Origin: Selaginella moellendorffii
Lineage: Eukaryota > Plantae > Lycopodiophyta
Assembly (NCBI RefSeq): GCF_000143415.4
Contig: NW_003314553.1
Coordinates: 1 to 13,383 of the forward strand
Length of the DNA: 13,383 nucleotides
Direction of reading: 5' to 3'
A program made the position numbers and the translations under genes. Of the stretch, positions 7,261-13,383 are shown in pieces (the first letter of the stretch is position 1; every line of letters begins with the position of its first letter). The notes under the pieces are model-generated. The model worked only from the letters and a program-made list of their open reading frames with translations, made no database searches and was not told where the DNA came from.

Positions 7261-8409
7261 GTTACATATTTCGTGTCGGTTAAATTTATTGGGTTTGTGG
7301 GGGAGGGGGTTTAACTAGCAAAGGGCGATTATGGGGAGCGCTTAGTGCGATTAAGTGGGGCTTAAGTTGGGGCAATCGCGGCCGTCGGTGCGGTGGGGTG
7401 GTTGACCGGCGGCGATGAGTTTGACCGGCGGTCCCCGTGACACGTGGCTAGGGCTAGGGTCTGGATATGGGTTTTGCGCGAGTGGGCAAGATCCATGGCT
7501 CGGTTTGCGGTGGGACTTGAACCGTTGGAAAGCTTGCGTGAGTCCACCCGTTTCCACAGAAACGGATCTGGATTTCGTCGCTCCACCGGCCCGCACCATT
7601 GCGATGGGTTTGACGCTGGGTTTTCGAGCGAGTGGGCAACATCCATGGCTCGGTTTGCGGTGGGACTTGAACCGTTGGAAAGCTTGCGTGAGTCCACCCG
7701 TTTCCACAGAAACGGATCCCGATTTCGTTGCTCCACCGTCCCACACCATTGCAATGGGTTTTGTGCTGTTCCCGTTGCCATATCTCGTGGACCGTGGGCC
7801 CCCTTTCGCCCTTGGGCACATGGGAGCAACTGGGGCGGTGCGCGCAACTGGCCCATGTGGCCAAGTACATTTTTCCATGTCCTGGGCGCCTGCTTTTGTG
7901 GTTTTTCCCACGGAAGAAGATGCGTCCCACGTGGCGATCCGTGTGCCCGCCCGCACTCCGGCACCAACGGGGCCGGCCGGCGTGACGCCCCGGTCGCGGC
8001 CGTGCCAACGGATCGCGGGCCCCATGCGTGGGCTGCCGCCGGGAGTGCATCTCACTCTCGAGGAAAACACCGCATTGGCGCTCGGGCCTGCACTGGAACG
8101 CGACCCCAGGAGCGCCGTGGCGAAGCCCGCGTCGAGGGCATCGATCCGAATTGGCTGGGCCCCCCATGCCATGCTGGCACCGTGCGTGCCTTGTCGAAAA
8201 CGGCACACCCTTGCGACCGCTGGGCGAAAGGGGCAAACCCCGAGAGGTCCTTGCACCTCCTGTCACTGGGGAGGGTGCCCCCCACGAACACGAACCCAAC
8301 GGCGCCAGTCCCACGCGAAACGCACGCACGGTTCGCGAGAAAACGGCCCCCAACGCCCGCATTCTCCATTATTCCGAGAGAATATTCCCTCCACTACTTA
8401 AATTGTGCC

Positions 8410-8509
8410 AAAAAGAGGTGGCTCCGGGTGGGTCTCGACCCAGGGACCTATTTGAGTGGACTTGTTTTTAGATTGGGGGTCTCTGCCACTAGGCCTCTAC
8501 CACCTCTCC
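8410..8509 (-). ncRNA. Candidate Pol III small RNA, copy 6
   Basis: Same sequence as 2165-2264. Confidence 0.55.
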
Positions 8510-9658
8510 GTTACATATTTCGTGTCGGTTAAATTTATTGGGTTTGTGGGGGAGGGGGTTTAACTAGCAAAGGGCGATTATGGGGAGCGCTTAGTGCGAT
8601 TAAGTGGGGCTTAAGTTGGGGCAATCGCGGCCGTCGGTGCGGTGGGGTGGTTGACCGGCGGCGATGAGTTTGACCGGCGGTCCCCGTGACACGTGGCTAG
8701 GGCTAGGGTCTGGATATGGGTTTTGCGCGAGTGGGCAAGATCCATGGCTCGGTTTGCGGTGGGACTTGAACCGTTGGAAAGCTTGCGTGAGTCCACCCGT
8801 TTCCACAGAAACGGATCTGGATTTCGTCGCTCCACCGGCCCGCACCATTGCGATGGGTTTGACGCTGGGTTTTCGAGCGAGTGGGCAACATCCATGGCTC
8901 GGTTTGCGGTGGGACTTGAACCGTTGGAAAGCTTGCGTGAGTCCACCCGTTTCCACAGAAACGGATCCCGATTTCGTTGCTCCACCGTCCCACACCATTG
9001 CAATGGGTTTTGTGCTGTTCCCGTTGCCATATCTCGTGGACCGTGGGCCCCCTTTCGCCCTTGGGCACATGGGAGCAACTGGGGCGGTGCGCGCAACTGG
9101 CCCATGTGGCCAAGTACATTTTTCCATGTCCTGGGCGCCTGCTTTTGTGGTTTTTCCCACGGAAGAAGATGCGTCCCACGTGGCGATCCGTGTGCCTGCC
9201 CGCACTCCGGCACCAACGGGGCCGGCCGGCGTGACGCCCCGGTCGCGGCCGTGCCAACGGATCGCGGGCCCCATGCGTGGGCTGCCGCCGGGAGTGCATC
9301 TCACTCTCGAGGAAAACACCGCACTGGCGCTCGGGCCTGCACTGGAACGCGACCCCAGGAGCGCCGTGGCGAAGCCCGCGTCGAGGGCATCGATCCGAAT
9401 TGGCTGGGCCCCCCATGCCATGCTGGCACCGTGCGTGCCTTGTCGAAAACGGCACACCCTTGCGACCGCTGGGCGAAAGGGGCAAACCCCGAGAGGTCCT
9501 TGCACCTCCTGTCACTGGGGAGGGTGCCCCCCACGAACACGAACCCAACGGCGCCAGTCCCACGCGAAACGCACGCACGGTTCGCGAGAAAACGGCCCCC
9601 AACGCCCGCATTCTCCATTATTCCGAGAGAATATTCCCTCCACTACTTAAATTGTGCC

Positions 9659-9758
9659 AAAAAGAGGTGGCTCCGGGTGGGTCTCGACCCAGGGACCTAT
9701 TTGAGTGGACTTGTTTTTAGATTGGGGGTCTCTGCCACTAGGCCTCTACCACCTCTCC
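9659..9758 (-). ncRNA. Candidate Pol III small RNA, copy 7
   Basis: Same sequence as 2165-2264. Confidence 0.55.
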
Positions 9759-10907
9759 GTTACATATTTCGTGTCGGTTAAATTTATTGGGTTTGTGGGG
9801 GAGGGGGTTTAACTAGCAAAGGGCGATTATGGGGAGCGCTTAGTGCGATTAAGTGGGGCTTAAGTTGGGGCAATCGCGGCCGTCGGTGCGGTGGGGTGGT
9901 TGACCGGCGGCGATGAGTTTGACCGGCGGTCCCCGTGACACGTGGCTAGGGCTAGGGTCTGGATATGGGTTTTGCGCGAGTGGGCAAGATCCATGGCTCG
10001 GTTTGCGGTGGGACTTGAACCGTTGGAAAGCTTGCGTGAGTCCACCCGTTTCCACAGAAACGGATCTGGATTTCGTCGCTCCACCGGCCCGCACCATTGC
10101 GATGGGTTTGACGCTGGGTTTTCGAGCGAGTGGGCAACATCCATGGCTCGGTTTGCGGTGGGACTTGAACCGTTGGAAAGCTTGCGTGAGTCCACCCGTT
10201 TCCACAGAAACGGATCCCGATTTCGTTGCTCCACCGTCCCACACCATTGCAATGGGTTTTGTGCTGTTCCCGTTGCCATATCTCGTGGACCGTGGGCCCC
10301 CTTTCGCCATTGGGCACATGGGAGCAACTGGGGCGGTGCGCGCAACTGGCCCATGTGGCCAAGTACATTTTTCCATGTCCTGGGCGCCTGCTTTTGTGGT
10401 TTTTCCCACGGAAGAAGATGCGTCCCACGTGGCGATCCGTGTGCCCGCCCGCACTCCGGCACCAACGGGGCCGGCCGGCGTGACGCCCCGGTCGCGGCCG
10501 TGCCAACGGATCGCGGGCCCCATGCGTGGGCTGCCGCCGGGAGTGCATCTCACTCTCGAGGAAAACACCGCACTGGCGCTCGGGCCTGCACTGGAACGCG
10601 ACCCCAGGAGCGCCGTGGCGAAGCCCGCGTCGAGGGCATCGATCCGAATTGGCTGGGCCCCCCATGCCATGCTGGCACCGTGCGTGCCTTGTCGAAAACG
10701 GCACACCCTTGCGACCGCTGGGCGAAAGGGGCAAACCCCGAGAGGTCCTTGCACCTCCTGTCACTGGGGAGGGTGCCCCCCACGAACACGAACCCAACGG
10801 CGCCAGTCCCACGCGAAACGCACGCACGGTTCGCGAGAAAACGGCCCCCAACGCCCGCATTCTCCATTATTCCGAGAGAATATTCCCTCCACTACTTAAA
10901 TTGTGCC

Positions 10908-11007
10908 AAAAAGAGGTGGCTCCGGGTGGGTCTCGACCCAGGGACCTATTTGAGTGGACTTGTTTTTAGATTGGGGGTCTCTGCCACTAGGCCTCTACCA
11001 CCTCTCC
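10908..11007 (-). ncRNA. Candidate Pol III small RNA, copy 8
   Basis: Same sequence as 2165-2264. Confidence 0.55.
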
Positions 11008-12155
11008 GTTACATATTTCGTGTCGGTTAAATTTATTGGGTTTGTGGGGGAGGGGGTTTAACTAGCAAAGGGCGATTATGGGGAGCGCTTAGTGCGATTA
11101 AGTGGGGCTTAAGTTGGGGCAATCGCGGCCGTCGGTGCGGTGGGGTGGTTGACCGGCGGCGATGAGTTTGACCGGCGGTCCCCGTGACACGTGGCTAGGG
11201 CTAGGGTCTGGATATGGGTTTTGCGCGAGTGGGCAAGATCCATGGCTCGGTTTGCGGTGGGACTTGAACCGTTGGAAAGCTTGCGTGAGTCCACCCGTTT
11301 CCACAGAAACGGATCTGGATTTCGTCGCTCCACCGGCCCGCACCATTGCGATGGGTTTGACGCTGGGTTTTCGAGCGAGTGGGCAACATCCATGGCTCGG
11401 TTTGCGGTGGGACTTGAACCGTTGGAAAGCTTGCGTGAGTCCACCCGTTTCCACAGAAACGGATCCCGATTTCGTTGCTCCACCGTCCCACACCATTGCA
11501 ATGGGTTTTGTGCTGTTCCCGTTGCCATATCTCGTGGACCGTGGGCCCCCTTTCGCCCTTGGGCACATGGGAGCAACTGGGGCGGTGCGCGCAACTGGCC
11601 CATGTGGCCAAGTACATTTTTCCATGTCCTGGGCGCCTGCTTTTGTGTTTTTCCCACGGAAGAAGATGCGTCCCACGTGGCGATCCGTGTGCCCGCCCGC
11701 ACTCCGGCACCAACGGGGCCGGCCGGCGTGACGCCCCGGTCGCGGCCGTGCCAACGGATCGCGGGCCCCATGCGTGGGCTGCCGCCGGGAGTGCATCTCA
11801 CTCTCGAGGAAAACACCGCACTGGCGCTCGGGCCTGCACTGGAACGCGACCCCAGGAGCGCCGTGGCGAAGCCCGCGTCGAGGGCATCGATCCGAATTGG
11901 CTGGGCCCCCCATGCCATGCTGGCACCGTGCGTGCCTTGTCGAAAACGGCACACCCTTGCGACCGCTGGGCGAAAGGGGCAAACCCCGAGAGGTCCTTGC
12001 ACCTCCTGTCACTGGGGAGGGTGCCCCCCACGAACACGAACCCAACGGCGCCAGTCCCACGCGAAACGCACGCACGGTTCGCGAGAAAACGGCCCCCAAC
12101 GCCCGCATTCTCCATTATTCCGAGAGAATATTCCCTCCACTACTTAAATTGTGCC

Positions 12156-12255
12156 AAAAAGAGGTGGCTCCGGGTGGGTCTCGACCCAGGGACCTATTTG
12201 AGTGGACTTGTTTTTAGATTGGGGGTCTCTGCCACTAGGCCTCTACCACCTCTCC
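12156..12255 (-). ncRNA. Candidate Pol III small RNA, copy 9
   Basis: Same sequence as 2165-2264, offset by 1 because of the deletion near 11647. Confidence 0.55.
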
Positions 12256-13383
12256 GTTACATATTTCGTGTCGGTTAAATTTATTGGGTTTGTGGGGGAG
12301 GGGGTTTAACTAGCAAAGGGCGATTATGGGGAGCGCTTAGTGCGATTAAGTGGGGCTTAAGTTGGGGCAATCGCGGCCGTCGGTGCGGTGGGGTGGTTGA
12401 CCGGCGGCGATGAGTTTGACCGGCGGTCCCCGTGACACGTGGCTAGGGCTAGGGTCTGGATATGGGTTTTGCGCGAGTGGGCAAGATCCATGGCTCGGTT
12501 TGCGGTGGGACTTGAACCGTTGGAAAGCTTGCGTGAGTCCACCCGTTTCCACAGAAACGGATCTGGATTTCGTCGCTCCACCGGCCCGCACCATTGCGAT
12601 GGGTTTGACGCTGGGTTTTCGAGCGAGTGGGCAACATCCATGGCTCGGTTTGCGGTGGGACTTGAACCGTTGGAAAGCTTGCGTGAGTCCACCCGTTTCC
12701 ACAGAAACGGATCCCGATTTCGTTGCTCCACCGTCCCACACCATTGCAATGGGTTTTGTGCTGTTCCCGTTGCCATATCTCGTGGACCGTGGGCCCCCTT
12801 TCGCCCTTGGGCACATGGGAGCAACTGGGGCGGTGCGCGCAACTGGCCCATGTGGCCAAGTACATTTTTCCATGTCCTGGGCGCCTGCTTTTGTGGTTTT
12901 TCCCACGGAAGAAGATGCGTCCCACGTGGCGATCCGTGTGCCCGCCCGCACTCCGGCACCAACGGGGCCGGCCGGCGTGACGCCCCGGTCGCGGCCGTGC
13001 CAACGGATCGCGGGCCCCATGCGTGGGCTGCCGCCGGGAGTGCATCTCACTCTCGAGGAAAACACCGCACTGGCGCTCGGGCCTGCACTGGAACGCGACC
13101 CCAGGAGCGCCGTGGCGAAGCCCGCGTCGAGGGCATCGATCCGAATTGGCTGGGCCCCCCATGCCATGCTGGCACCGTGCGTGCCTTGTCGAAAACGGCA
13201 CACCCTTGCGACCGCTGGGCGAAAGGGGCAAACCCCGAGAGGTCCTTGCACCTCCTGTCACTGGGGAGGGTGCCCCCCACGAACACGAACCCAACGGCGC
13301 CAGTCCCACGCGAAACGCACGCACGGTTCGCGAGAAAACGGCCCCCAACGCCCGCATTCTCCATTATCCGAGAGAATATTCCC

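Larger units (their letters stand above)
1882..13383. repeat. Subtelomeric tandem array with a 1249-bp unit, ~9.2 copies, running off the window end
   Basis: TCGAGGGCATCGATCC recurs at 1887, 3136, 4385, 5634 and onwards, and the ORF track repeats every 1249 bp. Only six differences were spotted by eye: 5485 T>A, 8075 C>T, 9197 C>T, 10309 C>A, and 1-bp deletions near 11647 and 13367. Confidence 0.99.

Noticed and set aside
2355-13364. Overlapping 200-360 aa ORFs in nearly all frames of each repeat unit
   Set aside because: They are open on both strands at once because the DNA is GC-rich and stop-poor. The translations are Arg/Pro/Gly/Ala-rich with no recognisable domain, and one copy is frameshifted near 11647.
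1882-13383. 5S rDNA, 45S rDNA or spliced-leader array
   Set aside because: I recognise no 5S, 18S, 5.8S or 28S conserved sequence and no known SL exon. The Sm-like AATTTATTGG (2287-2296) is better explained as the opposite strand of the TATA-like element.
1882-13383. CRISPR array or tandem LTR retrotransposon
   Set aside because: There are no unique spacers and the context is eukaryotic telomere. No TG...CA LTR boundaries, PBS or gag/pol were recognised.

Overview
This is a eukaryotic chromosome end with plant-type telomere repeats (CCCTAAA/TTTAGGG) and no credible protein-coding gene. From the tip inwards it contains: a terminal telomere tract (1-281); a ~1.3-kb non-coding insert (282-~1608) carrying a type I hammerhead ribozyme with a minimal palindromic stem III on the C-rich strand; a second ~300-bp telomere tract (1584-1883); and ~9.2 near-identical head-to-tail copies of a 1249-bp unit (1882 to window end). 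The insert has the orientation and signatures expected of a telomere-attaching, endonuclease-deficient Penelope-like retroelement remnant, although no RT is present in the window. Each 1249-bp unit carries a minus-strand ~100-nt candidate Pol III RNA gene. That gene has A- and B-box-like motifs, a terminal panhandle, a T5 terminator and upstream TATA/USE-like motifs, and its architecture resembles vault RNA. The array may therefore be a tandem ncRNA gene cluster rather than an inert satellite. The organism cannot be identified from this window.
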